A stretch of 64,000 nucleotides of DNA from Oscillospiraceae bacterium (GCA_015069185.1 SVJB01000006.1:4974-68973), one strand, 5' to 3'. Positions 1-10,508 are shown, counted from the stretch's first letter. Notes: generated from the sequence alone by a model not told the origin. A program made the numbers and translations.

Positions 1-1237
1 CAAATTTCTCACTGTACTTAACGCCTGCTTGCTCTAACATAGCCTCTGCATTTACATAGTTGATACGTGTAGCGCATACCGGCTCCAGGAGTCCTTTTAT
101 AACTGATAATGTGTAGATTCCGCATGCTGCTTTGTCTTCTGCAATATCTCCATAATATGTAATCTCAAGCTTCTCAAGAGTAGGATTCTCAGTCTGATAA
201 TAAATACAACCAAGAGCCTCAGCCAATTTGATAAACGGTTTCATTTCATTGAAATCCTTACCTGCAACAGAAGGCATATTAACTGCCTGTACTACTTGTC
301 CTTCTAAAGCCATTCCTACAAGCTTAGTAACAACCATGCCTACATTGTAGTTAGCTTCTTTCGTAGATGCACCAAGGTGAGGAGTTACGATACAGTTAGG
401 TAAAGTAAGGAGCTTATTCTGATAGTTCTGCTCGCCGGGGGCTTTGTTGTAGTTAGGCTCTGGATTGAGTACATCAAGTGCACAAGCTGCAACCTTGCCT
501 GACACAAGAGCATCATACAAAGCATCCTCATTTACAAGGCCACCACGTGCTGCATTAACAATGCGGACGCCATCTTTACATTTAGCAAGCTCTGCTGCAT
601 TAATAATATTAACTGTCTCACTGTTCTTAGGAGTATGTATTGTAATAAGATCTGCATCTTTGAGGAGGTCGTCAAGAGTATGGCATCTTCTAACGCCAAG
701 ACGGTCAAATTTGTCATCACTCACATATGGATCATATGCAATTACTTTCATATTAGAACCTTTGAGTTTATTAGCAACAATAGAACCTATGCGACCAAGA
801 CCAATGATACCGGCGGTCTTTCCATCAAGTTCACTACCAATGAATTTACCTCTTCTGAAGTCATCATTCTTACCTGCGGTAACAGCTTGAACAATGTTTC
901 GGAAGATAGCGTATGCATGCCCTACAGCCAGCTCAGCAGCGGCCATACTGTTACTCTCAGGTGTATTAACTACAATGATACCTTTATCTGTAGCTGTTTG
1001 CAGATCAATATTGTCAACACCATTACCGGCTCTGCCTACAACTTTAAGTTTGCTACCCTTATCCATTAGCTGTTTGTTGACTTGTGTGACACTTCTTACA
1101 ATAATAGCATCATAGTCTTGTATAATATCAAGTAATTCCTCTGCAGATATACCAAAACGCACATCGACTTCAAATCCGTCGTTCTGTAACTGCTCAATAC
1201 CTTCTTTTGCAATGCTCTCTGTAACAATTATTTTCAT
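1..1237 (-). CDS. serA: D-3-phosphoglycerate dehydrogenase (3' end runs off the left edge)
   Basis: Manual translation from ATG 1237: MKIIVTESIAKEG...VVGRAGNGVDNID...GIIGLGRIGS...IVNAARGGLVNE...TPHLGASTKEA. Not in the ORF track because it is truncated. Confidence 0.93.
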   Translation of the reverse strand, partial: MKIIVTESIAKEGIEQLQNDGFEVDVRFGISAEELLDIIQDYDAIIVRSVTQVNKQLMDKGSKLKVVGRAGNGVDNIDLQTATDKGIIVVNTPESNSMAAAELAVGHAYAIFRNIVQAVTAGKNDDFRRGKFIGSELDGKTAGIIGLGRIGSIVANKLKGSNMKVIAYDPYVSDDKFDRLGVRRCHTLDDLLKDADLITIHTPKNSETVNIINAAELAKCKDGVRIVNAARGGLVNEDALYDALVSGKVAACALDVLNPEPNYNKAPGEQNYQNKLLTLPNCIVTPHLGASTKEANYNVGMVVTKLVGMALEGQVVQAVNMPSVAGKDFNEMKPFIKLAEALGCIYYQTENPTLEKLEITYYGDIAEDKAACGIYTLSVIKGLLEPVCATRINYVNAEAMLEQAGVKYSEKF

Positions 1238-1297
1238 CTCAAATAATTCCTTTCTCCTAAATATAATAATGCAATTAACCTAAATAATCCGATTACT

Positions 1298-2014
1298 TCA
1301 TTTACGGCTATTTCTTGTCAGTACTAATATTCGTAACAAGTTCGCCACTGATACGGCCAAAGCTGCCACATATGTCATAGCCGCAGCAGATAGTACTTTC
1401 TTAACCCCTTTGAGTTCTTCTTCTGACATTGTATTACTATCCCTCAGAATAGTTACTGCTCTGGAAGATGCGTTAAACTCCACCGGTAATGTTATCAGTT
1501 GAAATATAGCTCCAAAGCTAAAAAACACAACGCCTAATGTTGTCAGGTATGGAATACTGAGCACTATACCAAGTATAATCACTATCCATGAAATGCTTGT
1601 GCCTATATTAGCCACAGGAACAAATGCACTACGCAGCTTATATGGGGCGTAACTACAATAATGCTGCACTGCATGGCCTGCCTCATGACAAGCAACGCCC
1701 AACGCGGATATTGATGTACCATTATAAACATCACGTGACAGCCTTATCACACCTGCCTTTGGATCATAATGATCTGAGAGTTCGCCGTTGATACACTCAA
1801 CACGTACCTCTACAATACCATTCTCTCTCAAAACACGTTCACACATCTGTGCCCCGGTCACATTTGATCTGCAATGTACATTAGAATACTTACGAAAAGT
1901 TGACTTCATAACAGCAGACACTATCAATGACACAATAACCACCGGTAGTACAATGAGAATATACGTTGTATATGACTCATACCAATATGGAACATACATC
2001 AAAAAATTACTCAC
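1298..2014 (-). CDS. YugP-family membrane zinc metallopeptidase
   Basis: LSDHYDP, ACHEAGHAVQH (HExxH), LITLPVEFNASSRA and AAAMTYVAA motifs; hydrophobic segments. Confidence 0.9.
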   Translation of the reverse strand: MSNFLMYVPYWYESYTTYILIVLPVVIVSLIVSAVMKSTFRKYSNVHCRSNVTGAQMCERVLRENGIVEVRVECINGELSDHYDPKAGVIRLSRDVYNGTSISALGVACHEAGHAVQHYCSYAPYKLRSAFVPVANIGTSISWIVIILGIVLSIPYLTTLGVVFFSFGAIFQLITLPVEFNASSRAVTILRDSNTMSEEELKGVKKVLSAAAMTYVAALAVSVANLLRILVLTRNSRK

Positions 2015-2050
2015 AGGTCACTTCTCTCCTAAATTCAAGTAATCCAAAAT

Positions 2051-2101
2051 ATTATACCATAGTTTTACCCATTGACAAGAAAAGAATTCATAGGTTATTA
2101 T
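2051..2101. promoter_or_regulatory. Divergent sigmaA-type promoters with overlapping -35 elements
   Basis: Minus strand: TTGTCA-N16-TATAAT with TG extension (2078-2051). Plus strand: TTGACA(2072)-N18-TATTAT(2096). Confidence 0.45.
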
Positions 2102-2156
2102 AACCAATACACATGCAGTTACCTTCTAAAATTATATTTCTATACTTGAGGAATCG

Positions 2157-4328
2157 GTGTTTTATATGATAAATAAAAACATGAAAAAATTATATCTGAT
2201 ATTATTTTTTCTTTTATTGGCCATGGTATGTGTTTATCTGTCCGGTTGTAGTTATGACGGCATCGTTGACCCCATTGTTAGCGATGATCCAGTCCCACCA
2301 TACTCAGTTCCTACAGTATCACCGAAAAATTCTCAAATGCCCTCTCCTACTCAAGAGATTACAGAGCCTCCGATATTGCTCACACCGGGCGACAATGCAG
2401 CCTCTGCAACATCAACCCCAATCCCAACACCAACGCCGGGAACTGATAACACAACACTGACATTGTCACATAATCCGGGCTTTTATACACAGGCCTTCTC
2501 GCTTAAATTCAACTACGATAATTCATATAAAGTGTTCTATACAACAAATGGCGAAGAGCCTACAACAAAATCTTCAAAATATACTTCCGACGGTGTTAAG
2601 CTCTCTGCTACAACTGCCACCACAGGCAGCAGTGATAATATTAATGTAATCAAAGTTTCCCTTTTCACCACCTCCGGTGAGAAAATAGGAGACACAATCA
2701 CAGCAACTTACATAATAAATGGCAGCTACAATTCCTTCACTGACAGGTATGCCAGCCTTGCAGTAATATCTATTTCATGCGACAATGATGCACTTTATAA
2801 TCCTCAGACAGGTATTTTTTACCACGATGTAAACAAAGGAATATACGAACAGAATTATATGCAACGAGGTCGCAAGTGGGAGCGGGAATGTCATGTAGAG
2901 ATGTTTGAGACAGGTGGCGATCTTGCCTTCTCGGTTGATGCAGGGCTCCGTATTTTTGGTGGTACATCCAGAGGTTTACCGCAAAAATCTCTCAGACTGA
3001 TAGCCAGAAAAGAATATGATAAAGATAATGGAAAATTCAAACATACTATTTTCCCTGAACGTAAAGATACTTATGGAAAAGTTATTGATGAATACGATTC
3101 ATTTATTCTGCGTTCCGGTGGCAACGATAGTTTATTCGGTAGTTCTTTAAGAAATACATTTTTCAGAGATGATCTGACAGGGATACTGGCTGCAGGAATT
3201 GATAATGTAGCCTCTATGTATTCACGTACAGTAGCCGTATATATAAACGGGACATATTGGGGCTTTTATAATTTAAGAGATGATACAGACACAGATTTTA
3301 TATGTGAAAAATACAATGTCCCGGCAGATGATATCGGCATAGTAACATATGGGCATGAGAACGGCAACTGGTTCCATGATGTAGATTCCGGTCCGGAATC
3401 CGTGCTCAATGATTACCACAATATGATATCTACTATTTGTTCTCTTGATATGACAATTGACAGTAATTATAATATAGCATGCAATATTCTCGATATAGAT
3501 AATTTCATAAAATACATGCTCATTAATATGTATATTAACAACAGAGACTGGCCACAAAACAATGTACGTGCATGGAAATATGTAGGAACAAACAGTCAGG
3601 AAGGCACATATTCAGACGGCAAATGGCGTTTCATTGTAAAAGACACGGATTATGCTTGGGGTATATATGAACTCATCGGTCAGACAGAAAATGTAACTGC
3701 AACAGAGACAGCACATAATCACACTGTTGTTAGCGGTGGTGGCGGTGAGCTATCGGCATTACTTGCCAGTCTGCTCAAAAATCAATCATTCAGGCAAGCG
3801 TTTGTGAACATGGCTTGTGATATAGCAAATAAATATTTCTCACCTGAAACTATAACACCTATCCTTGATTCATTTATTAAATCAATAGAACAAGAATACT
3901 ATTTTATGGCAACACAGACATGGTATGGATCCTCTATATCACAGGCCGATTATAATACATGGAAAAGCCAAAACATGCAGACATTATACACATATGCCAA
4001 TGATCGTCCTCAGGTTTTTCTGGAGTTCATCAGAACTGCTATAATGAGAGGAGAGAGTATAATACGTCTTGAAATAGAGGTTGTCAATCCGGAGTTTGGT
4101 TCTGTTACAGTTAATTCTATTAAGCTACCTCAGAGCACAACATATTACAGAAGCAAATATTTCAAAACAAACGGTATTCCGCTTATAATAGAAGCAATGC
4201 CCGGTTATGGATATACGGTAGAATTAATTAACGGCCATGGAACTTTTGAAAATAATGAAGTATTTGTAAAGAATAGCATTGGAGTCAAAGTCATCATCAC
4301 TTTCAGCCAATTGCCACTTGACAATTAA
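2157..4328 (+). CDS. CotH kinase-family lipoprotein with Pro/Thr linker and chitobiase/Fn3-like domain
   Basis: Lipobox LSGC; PTPTP linker; FYTTNGEEPT; RGRKWERECHVE, GGTSRGLPQKSLRL, VYINGTYWGFYNLR, NRDWPQNN and KWRFIVKDTDY motifs. Confidence 0.85.
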   Translation: MFYMINKNMKKLYLILFFLLLAMVCVYLSGCSYDGIVDPIVSDDPVPPYSVPTVSPKNSQMPSPTQEITEPPILLTPGDNAASATSTPIPTPTPGTDNTTLTLSHNPGFYTQAFSLKFNYDNSYKVFYTTNGEEPTTKSSKYTSDGVKLSATTATTGSSDNINVIKVSLFTTSGEKIGDTITATYIINGSYNSFTDRYASLAVISISCDNDALYNPQTGIFYHDVNKGIYEQNYMQRGRKWERECHVEMFETGGDLAFSVDAGLRIFGGTSRGLPQKSLRLIARKEYDKDNGKFKHTIFPERKDTYGKVIDEYDSFILRSGGNDSLFGSSLRNTFFRDDLTGILAAGIDNVASMYSRTVAVYINGTYWGFYNLRDDTDTDFICEKYNVPADDIGIVTYGHENGNWFHDVDSGPESVLNDYHNMISTICSLDMTIDSNYNIACNILDIDNFIKYMLINMYINNRDWPQNNVRAWKYVGTNSQEGTYSDGKWRFIVKDTDYAWGIYELIGQTENVTATETAHNHTVVSGGGGELSALLASLLKNQSFRQAFVNMACDIANKYFSPETITPILDSFIKSIEQEYYFMATQTWYGSSISQADYNTWKSQNMQTLYTYANDRPQVFLEFIRTAIMRGESIIRLEIEVVNPEFGSVTVNSIKLPQSTTYYRSKYFKTNGIPLIIEAMPGYGYTVELINGHGTFENNEVFVKNSIGVKVIITFSQLPLDN

Positions 4329-4393
4329 TGCAAAAAAATGTATCTTAGTGTGAGCGATATGTATTAATCTTTGAAAGGGGTTATATTGCGTAT

Positions 4394-4948
4394 ATGAAAA
4401 AACTGGTTTTATATACTACAGTTGACGGCAATACAGAAGCTGTTGCAAAGAAAATAGCAGAAGAGATCGGTGCTGACACAGCTGGTCTCGTTAGATGTAA
4501 GAAAGTAAAGGCTTTTGGCTTCTTTAACAATCTCAAACTTCGTTTTGAAGTTTTATTCAAAAGAAAGCCCGACATATTCCCTTTTAAGTGGGACCCAAGA
4601 GATTATGATGTAATTTTCATTGGTACACCCGTTTGGTATGATTCATACAATCCTGTTTATAACACACTTTTCAATGTTATTAAGGTATACGACAGAAAAG
4701 TTGCTCTCTTCTCTACAGGTATGAAGGAAGACTCAACTGCTTTGTCAAAGTTAATAAAAGACTGGCTGACAGACTCAGTTGTTCTTGATACAAAGCATTG
4801 TATCGAGCCTATCTTCCAGGAAGATGATGCTGAGTGCGATCGTATACTTGCCGATATGGGTACATGGGCTCAGGGTATTTGCGAGACTGCTGAGAAGATG
4901 ATCGAGCAGGAAGAGTTCGAGAGAAGAAAGACTATTTACAAATATTAA
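4394..4948 (+). CDS. Flavodoxin-family protein
   Basis: LYTTVDGNTEAVA FMN-phosphate loop; YDVIFIGTPVW. Confidence 0.8.
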   Translation: MKKLVLYTTVDGNTEAVAKKIAEEIGADTAGLVRCKKVKAFGFFNNLKLRFEVLFKRKPDIFPFKWDPRDYDVIFIGTPVWYDSYNPVYNTLFNVIKVYDRKVALFSTGMKEDSTALSKLIKDWLTDSVVLDTKHCIEPIFQEDDAECDRILADMGTWAQGICETAEKMIEQEEFERRKTIYKY

Positions 4949-4953
4949 TACAT

Positions 4954-5793
4954 ATGTCTGTGATTACTTTAGGTATAGCTTCGGAAGAAGTAAAATATGT
5001 TCGGAATTTATTAGCTAACAAATCACAGGGATCGTCAGATGACGGTTCCTGTGGTTTTGCTTTTGCATGCGAGGGATTATGGGCAGCTGACAAACTTATC
5101 CAGCGAGGTCTTGAAGTCACACATTTCTTTATTAATAACGAAATTGATTATCAAAGCAATGATGTATGCCGTCGCATGATGGCATATGCTAATAAAACAT
5201 ATGGAATATCTAAGAAAGCATGTCAGAAAATCAGCGAACGAGATGGCAGCGACGATTATTTTATTGTAGCCAAACTGCCTCGCCTTACCCTTGACGATAT
5301 AAAATTAACAGATAATATGGTTATCTCGATTCTTGATGGTCTGGAGCAGCCCGGAAATATAGGAGCCATACTCAGAACAATTGATTGTGCCGGTGGCAGT
5401 GCATGCATCACCACTCACCGCCGCGTAAAGCCTACCCATAGTCGTTTGATACGTTCATCTCTTGGCGCAGCATTTATGATGCCACATATTGATGCTGACT
5501 ATGATATGCTAACCAAGTGGCTTATTAAAAATGGTTTCAAGGTTATCCTGACAGATTTAACTGCTAAAATTCCATATTACGAGGCAGATTATTCAGGACG
5601 TATTGCAATCGTATCCGGCAATGAATATACAGGTATCAGCGCAAGTTGGCGAGACCTGCCAAATGCTGTTCCGATTATAATCCCCATGATGGGCTCTTGC
5701 GAGTCACTAAATGTAGGTTTTGCCACAACGCTTGTTGCCTACGAGGCAGGGCTCAGGCAAAAGCTTGGCAAAGACACTTTACAGCACACTTGA
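4954..5793 (+). CDS. TrmH/SpoU-family RNA 2'-O-methyltransferase
   Basis: LDGLEQPGNIGAILRT, GNEYTGIS and IPMMGSCESLNV SPOUT motifs. Confidence 0.9.
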   Translation: MSVITLGIASEEVKYVRNLLANKSQGSSDDGSCGFAFACEGLWAADKLIQRGLEVTHFFINNEIDYQSNDVCRRMMAYANKTYGISKKACQKISERDGSDDYFIVAKLPRLTLDDIKLTDNMVISILDGLEQPGNIGAILRTIDCAGGSACITTHRRVKPTHSRLIRSSLGAAFMMPHIDADYDMLTKWLIKNGFKVILTDLTAKIPYYEADYSGRIAIVSGNEYTGISASWRDLPNAVPIIIPMMGSCESLNVGFATTLVAYEAGLRQKLGKDTLQHT

Positions 5794-6816
5794 TCACAGA
5801 GATCTGACAACGGCTTCCATGCCGTTTTTTTCATTTTTTATTTCTTCCAATTTTTGCAAACAACTTTTCTCGCACCAAGTTCTGCGGCTATTATAATATT
5901 TATTAACAATCCGCCATAATTTCTGAGGATATTCCAGCGTGATTTTCAAAATATTTATATCTGCCTGCGTCAAATCTCTTTGCTTTACATAACTATTAAT
6001 AATTGAGTGAGCAGTAGCTGCAGACCATTTATCCTTACGCATCTTTCTTTTAATAATATTTGCAAGATCCAGTACAGGTAGGTCGATAGAGCAGTTATCA
6101 AAGTTAACTATATATGGTCTGTCGCCGAATAATACATTATGAGCTGTAAATTCCTTGTGGCATATTGCGCCTTTGAGACTGTAAAAAGTTACCAATTCAT
6201 TGTATCCTGATTCTGTTAGACTTTGTTGAAGTGATGCCGCCTTCTCACAGTAATAATCTGCGATAGCAACATATTCATAGTCAAATTTACCATTTCTACG
6301 ACTGGCCAGCTTCTTGTACCTTTCCAACTCCGCCGTTCGGTGAGCATATAACTCGGGAAGTTTTCCCAAATCTTTCCTTATATATCTGCCAATCTCTGCT
6401 ATTCGTTCATCTCCATCATCTGTTTGATTCAGGTCATTCATAATGCGCAGTGCTTTCTGACCGGTAAAGCCCTCACCACTCTTATGCATCTGCGCCAGTA
6501 ATCCTGCACACTGACGTACATCCTGCAAATTCTCCAAAGATCCCTCTCGTCCTGTATTATTGTGAAAAATATAATACATCCTATCTTCAAATATAAACGG
6601 TTTGGTATTCAATGGATAGGTAATATTTCGAAAACGGTTATTTGACATATGTATCAGCGCAGCATATGTAAATAAACTACGTCCACCTGAATTATCCTGT
6701 CGTCTCAATCTATATGTAGTACCATTTCTGATAGTAATTAAAAAATCTTCTTGTATATAATTTATGGAATCAATTTTTTCGTGAAAATATTCTTCTATAG
6801 CCGTTTGCAAATCCAT
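5794..6816 (-). CDS. CotS-family spore coat protein (kinase-like fold)
   Basis: LAQMHKSGEGF, ICHKEFTAHNVL, VNFDNC, DLANIIKRKMRK and YPQKLWRIVNKYY, typical of clostridial CotS/YutH. Confidence 0.8.
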   Translation of the reverse strand: MDLQTAIEEYFHEKIDSINYIQEDFLITIRNGTTYRLRRQDNSGGRSLFTYAALIHMSNNRFRNITYPLNTKPFIFEDRMYYIFHNNTGREGSLENLQDVRQCAGLLAQMHKSGEGFTGQKALRIMNDLNQTDDGDERIAEIGRYIRKDLGKLPELYAHRTAELERYKKLASRRNGKFDYEYVAIADYYCEKAASLQQSLTESGYNELVTFYSLKGAICHKEFTAHNVLFGDRPYIVNFDNCSIDLPVLDLANIIKRKMRKDKWSAATAHSIINSYVKQRDLTQADINILKITLEYPQKLWRIVNKYYNSRRTWCEKSCLQKLEEIKNEKNGMEAVVRSL

Positions 6817-6846
6817 AAAGAGCTCCCTTCTTTTATCATGATATAA

Positions 6847-6876
6847 AAGTATATGAAGAGCTCATGCTACTTATGA
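6847..6876 (-). promoter_or_regulatory. Possible mother-cell sigmaE-type promoter for the cotS-like gene
   Basis: Minus strand TCATAA-N15-CATATACT resembles the sigmaE consensus ATA-N16/18-CATAxAxT. Confidence 0.35.
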
Positions 6877-6879
6877 AAA

Positions 6880-7860
6880 TTATTCTTTCTTTTCCTGAAT
6901 TTTCCAGACTTTGCCAATCACCTGATAAATAGGAATTTGACCAACCACGCGGCTATCTTTACTTACATTCCTATTATCTCCCATGCAGTAGATCATCCCT
7001 TCCTCTACCACAAAGGAAGTCTCCGGGTAATTCAACACATTTTGAGTCTTTATATAGTCTTCCTCTACCAATTCACCATTACGGTAGAATTTATTATCTT
7101 TGAATTCAATATGATCACCGGCCACGCCTACAACTCTCTTGATCCAGCATGTATCCGCATCAGACTCCTCCGGATCAGTAAACAAATCTGTAATGGCATT
7201 TTGCTTCATAACTTGCCCTACCATATAGAAGAATCCTGGTTCCTCCTCCAGCTCTATATCTATAACCACAATATCACCAAACTCAGGTTCACCAAACATA
7301 TAGGATAACTTGGTAGTATATACTACATCATTTTCATGGAGTGTAGGCTCCATTGATGAGCCATATACAATATTCTTGCGATGAACGTATATATTGAAAA
7401 ATACAACAGCAAAGAATACTGTTATAAATATCACGGTGAAAATGCCCGCATCAATAAAGAGCTTCTTTACCTTACTTTTTTTTTTGAATTCAAGAGGAGT
7501 TATAATAATATCATCATCCTGTAGTGCAGGATGGATTGTCTCACTTTCATCTTCCGTTAATTTCTCTTGTACATAGGATTTTATATGCAAATCTGTATCG
7601 TCCTCAGTCATTGTAGACCTTGATCCATAAGGCGCTCTGAGAAATTGTGGTATCTCAACATCAGGAATTACAATATCATCAGCCTTGACAGTAGGCTGAA
7701 CCTTCTCAACGATATATCCCTTAGCAATCGCTGTGAAATATGCGGTCTCAAATATTTGTTCTGACTGAGACTCTGCCCTACGACGTATCTGCATATGCAC
7801 AATCTCAAAATCGTTTTCTGTATTCGGTTTTGTATTTTGCTGCAGATCCAACCTTTTCAC
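6880..7860 (-). CDS. lepB: Signal peptidase I with long N-terminal extension
   Basis: Single TM segment, then GSSMEPTL (Ser), WIKRVVG (Lys) and GDNRNVSKDSR. Confidence 0.88.
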   Translation of the reverse strand: MKRLDLQQNTKPNTENDFEIVHMQIRRRAESQSEQIFETAYFTAIAKGYIVEKVQPTVKADDIVIPDVEIPQFLRAPYGSRSTMTEDDTDLHIKSYVQEKLTEDESETIHPALQDDDIIITPLEFKKKSKVKKLFIDAGIFTVIFITVFFAVVFFNIYVHRKNIVYGSSMEPTLHENDVVYTTKLSYMFGEPEFGDIVVIDIELEEEPGFFYMVGQVMKQNAITDLFTDPEESDADTCWIKRVVGVAGDHIEFKDNKFYRNGELVEEDYIKTQNVLNYPETSFVVEEGMIYCMGDNRNVSKDSRVVGQIPIYQVIGKVWKIQEKKE

Positions 7861-7973
7861 CCGAATCCTGATAATTTGTATACAATGTAATTATAAGACA
7901 ATTAGCGGTGTTGTCAAGAAAATCACATTGTGTTAATATACGCAAGAGCATAAATTCAATGAGGTTATGTGTA

Positions 7974-8552
7974 ATGAGTAAGGCAAAGAAAATACTAAAG
8001 CTTTTTATTGCTTTTTTGAAAATCGGCGGTTTTACCTTTGGTGGAGGCTACGCCATGATACCGCTGATACAAAAGGAAACTGTTGAGAAACAAGGCTGGA
8101 TTACAGATGATGATATCCTTGAGATCCTTGCCATCGCTGAATCTACACCCGGCCCCATCGCTATTAATTCTGCTACATTTATTGGATACAAAGTAGCAGG
8201 AGTGTTAGGGTCCGCCGCAGCTACATTTGGTGTTATACTTCCTTCTTTTGTGATAATCAGTCTGATTGCCAGAGTATTAACTGAATTTCAGGACATCAAG
8301 GCAGTTCAATATGCTTTCTGGGGCATACGCGCCGGTGTTATAGGATTAATTATTAAATCTGTATATACAATGTTTAAAAAATGCAAAAAGAGTATAATAG
8401 CGTATATTGCTATGTTACTTGCTTTCTGTATTGTTGCATTTACAAATATCAATGTGTTGTTTGTAATTGTAGGTTGCGCGGTTATAGGTCTTGTTTATTC
8501 GCTGACGATCGGCAAGAAAACAGAGAATGAGATAGCGAAGGGAAAGGAGTAG
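7974..8552 (+). CDS. Short-chain chromate transporter, subunit 1
   Basis: FTFGGGYAM and ESTPGP motifs; ATG 7974 follows GAGG RBS. Confidence 0.9.
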   Translation: MSKAKKILKLFIAFLKIGGFTFGGGYAMIPLIQKETVEKQGWITDDDILEILAIAESTPGPIAINSATFIGYKVAGVLGSAAATFGVILPSFVIISLIARVLTEFQDIKAVQYAFWGIRAGVIGLIIKSVYTMFKKCKKSIIAYIAMLLAFCIVAFTNINVLFVIVGCAVIGLVYSLTIGKKTENEIAKGKE

Positions 8553-8558
8553 AGGTAA

Positions 8559-9149
8559 ATGTTGTTTATTGAACTTTTATGGACATTTTTCAAAATAGGC
8601 CTTTTCACTTTCGGCGGCGGATATGCTATGCTCCCGCTCATTCAGGAAGAGGTGCTTGCGCATGGTTGGATGACTGAGCAACAGCTTATTGATTTTGTAG
8701 CCGTGAGCGAGAGTACCCCCGGGCCTTTTGCCATCAACATTGCCACATATATCGGCACTGAGACAGGCACCGCGTCAGGTGGCTTCTGGGGCGGCTTGCT
8801 TGGTGCTGCATGTGCTACATTGGGTGTGGTGCTCCCCTCTTTTGTAATTATTCTGATTATAGCTAAATGTTTTGAGAAATTTAAGAAGAATAAGATAGTA
8901 GCAGGTTGCATGACAGGTCTCAAGCCTGCAGTTATCGGTCTTATTGGGGCAGCGGCTCTGTCAATGGCACAGACAGTATTCTTCCCGGGAGGATATAGCC
9001 TTGACGTGTTTAAAACTATTCCTTTTTATATTTCACTGGCACTCACTGCGATTATGGCCTTTCTTTCTATCAAGAAAGTACACCCGATTCTTGTTATTTG
9101 CGCTTCCGCGGTGGTAGGTATTATAGTTGGCTATAGCCTAGGACTTTGA
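8559..9149 (+). CDS. Short-chain chromate transporter, subunit 2
   Basis: FTFGGGYAM and ESTPGP motifs; tandem paralogue pair typical of SCHR transporters. Confidence 0.9.
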   Translation: MLFIELLWTFFKIGLFTFGGGYAMLPLIQEEVLAHGWMTEQQLIDFVAVSESTPGPFAINIATYIGTETGTASGGFWGGLLGAACATLGVVLPSFVIILIIAKCFEKFKKNKIVAGCMTGLKPAVIGLIGAAALSMAQTVFFPGGYSLDVFKTIPFYISLALTAIMAFLSIKKVHPILVICASAVVGIIVGYSLGL

Positions 9150-9204
9150 TTTTTATGCCACATTATGGTATTCTTTATTTATATTACAAAGGTAAGGTGA
9201 TTTT

Positions 9205-9975
9205 ATGATTCTGACAATTGATGTTGGTAACAGTAATATAGTGTTAGGTGTATTTGAGAACGATAATATTAAGTTTATTGCTCGCATGTCTACAACACAA
9301 AATGTAACCTCGGATGAGATTGCGGCAAATCTTCACGCCGTACTCAATGTGCATAATACAAACTTTGATGCAATTCACGGAGCGATTATTTCCTCCGTTG
9401 TGCCGCAGATAACAACTGCTCTGGCAAACGCGGTGAAAATGATTACAGGTGTTTCGGCTCTTATTGTAGGACCTGGTATGAAAACAGGCATTAATATTAA
9501 AATCGATAATCCTGCTCAGCTTGGTAGTGACCTTTTAGTAGATAGTGTAGCTGCCTCAGCCTTATATCCAAAGCCAGTTATTGTTGCAGATATGGGAACA
9601 GCTACCACACTTACTGTTATAGATGCTAACAATTGTATATTAGGCGGTGCTATTTGTCCCGGAGTGCGTACTTCTTTGAATGCGCTAATTGAGAAAACAG
9701 CTCAACTCCCTCAAATTAATCTGGAGTCACCTAAGAAAGTTATTGGTTCTAACACAGTTGACTGTATCCGCTCCGGTGTTATCTTTGGTAATGCTTGTAT
9801 GCTCGACGGTATGATAGACCGTATCGAAGCGCAGCTAGGCAGAGAGTGTTTTGTTGTCGCTACCGGCGGATTATCTGAAGAAATATGCAAACAGACGAAA
9901 CATAATATAGAACATAATCCTACATTGCTTCTGCAAGGACTGTATATATTGTATAAGAAAAATGCTGCGAATTAA
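9205..9975 (+). CDS. coaX: Type III pantothenate kinase
   Basis: IDVGNSNI, SSVVP, LGSDL, DMGTATT, GGAICPG and VATGG motifs. Confidence 0.95.
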   Translation: MILTIDVGNSNIVLGVFENDNIKFIARMSTTQNVTSDEIAANLHAVLNVHNTNFDAIHGAIISSVVPQITTALANAVKMITGVSALIVGPGMKTGINIKIDNPAQLGSDLLVDSVAASALYPKPVIVADMGTATTLTVIDANNCILGGAICPGVRTSLNALIEKTAQLPQINLESPKKVIGSNTVDCIRSGVIFGNACMLDGMIDRIEAQLGRECFVVATGGLSEEICKQTKHNIEHNPTLLLQGLYILYKKNAAN

Positions 9976-9994
9976 GACAATTCGCAGCATTTTT
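9958..9994. terminator. Bidirectional intrinsic terminator
   Basis: AAAAATGCTGCGAATT-aagac-AATTCGCAGCATTTTT between convergent coaX and the toxin gene. Confidence 0.85.
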
Positions 9995-9999
9995 TATTG

Positions 10000-10266
10000 T
10001 CAATCATAAACCTCACGACAATGACCTATCTTTAATACAAATATTAAAATCTTATCATCGTGAATATTTGCCAAAATACGATAATCTCCTACTCTGTAAC
10101 GCCATTCATCTTGTCTGTTTCCTCTTAATGATTTGCCGTGCACTCTTGGATCAGAACAGTTAACTAGATTTTTCTCAATCCAACTTAATATAAGTTTTCT
10201 GGTTTGAGTATCCATTTTTTTCAAATCTTTAAATGCCCCTTTGGAATATTCAACAGAATAGGTCAT
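10000..10266 (-). CDS. RelE/StbE-family type II toxin
   Basis: 88 aa basic protein with PRVHGKSLRG, WRYRVGDYRI and IGHCREVY. Confidence 0.9.
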   Translation of the reverse strand: MTYSVEYSKGAFKDLKKMDTQTRKLILSWIEKNLVNCSDPRVHGKSLRGNRQDEWRYRVGDYRILANIHDDKILIFVLKIGHCREVYD

Positions 10267-10490
10267 ACTTCATCCTCTGCTAAAATACGCATAATCTCTT
10301 TATGTGAGAAAGTAACAGGATCTTTTTTATATTCTTCCATCGCAATATCGTAAGCTTTAAGATCGTGTTCATCTTCTATACGTTCTAAAACAGTATTTCT
10401 GATAAATTCAGAAACAGTCATTCCGTACATAGATGCATATGACTTAATAAGTTGCGTATCATTATCGTTGAATCTTAAAGAAATAGCCAT
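10263..10490 (-). CDS. RelB-like (DUF6290-type) antitoxin
   Basis: MAISLRF...SEFIRNTVLERIEDEHDL, RHH-like and acidic; 4-bp overlap with the toxin. ATG 10490 follows AGGAGG; the track start at 10544 is the promoter -35. Confidence 0.85.
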   Translation of the reverse strand: MAISLRFNDNDTQLIKSYASMYGMTVSEFIRNTVLERIEDEHDLKAYDIAMEEYKKDPVTFSHKEIMRILAEDEV

Positions 10491-10508
10491 TATTACTGCC
10501 TCCTTTTC

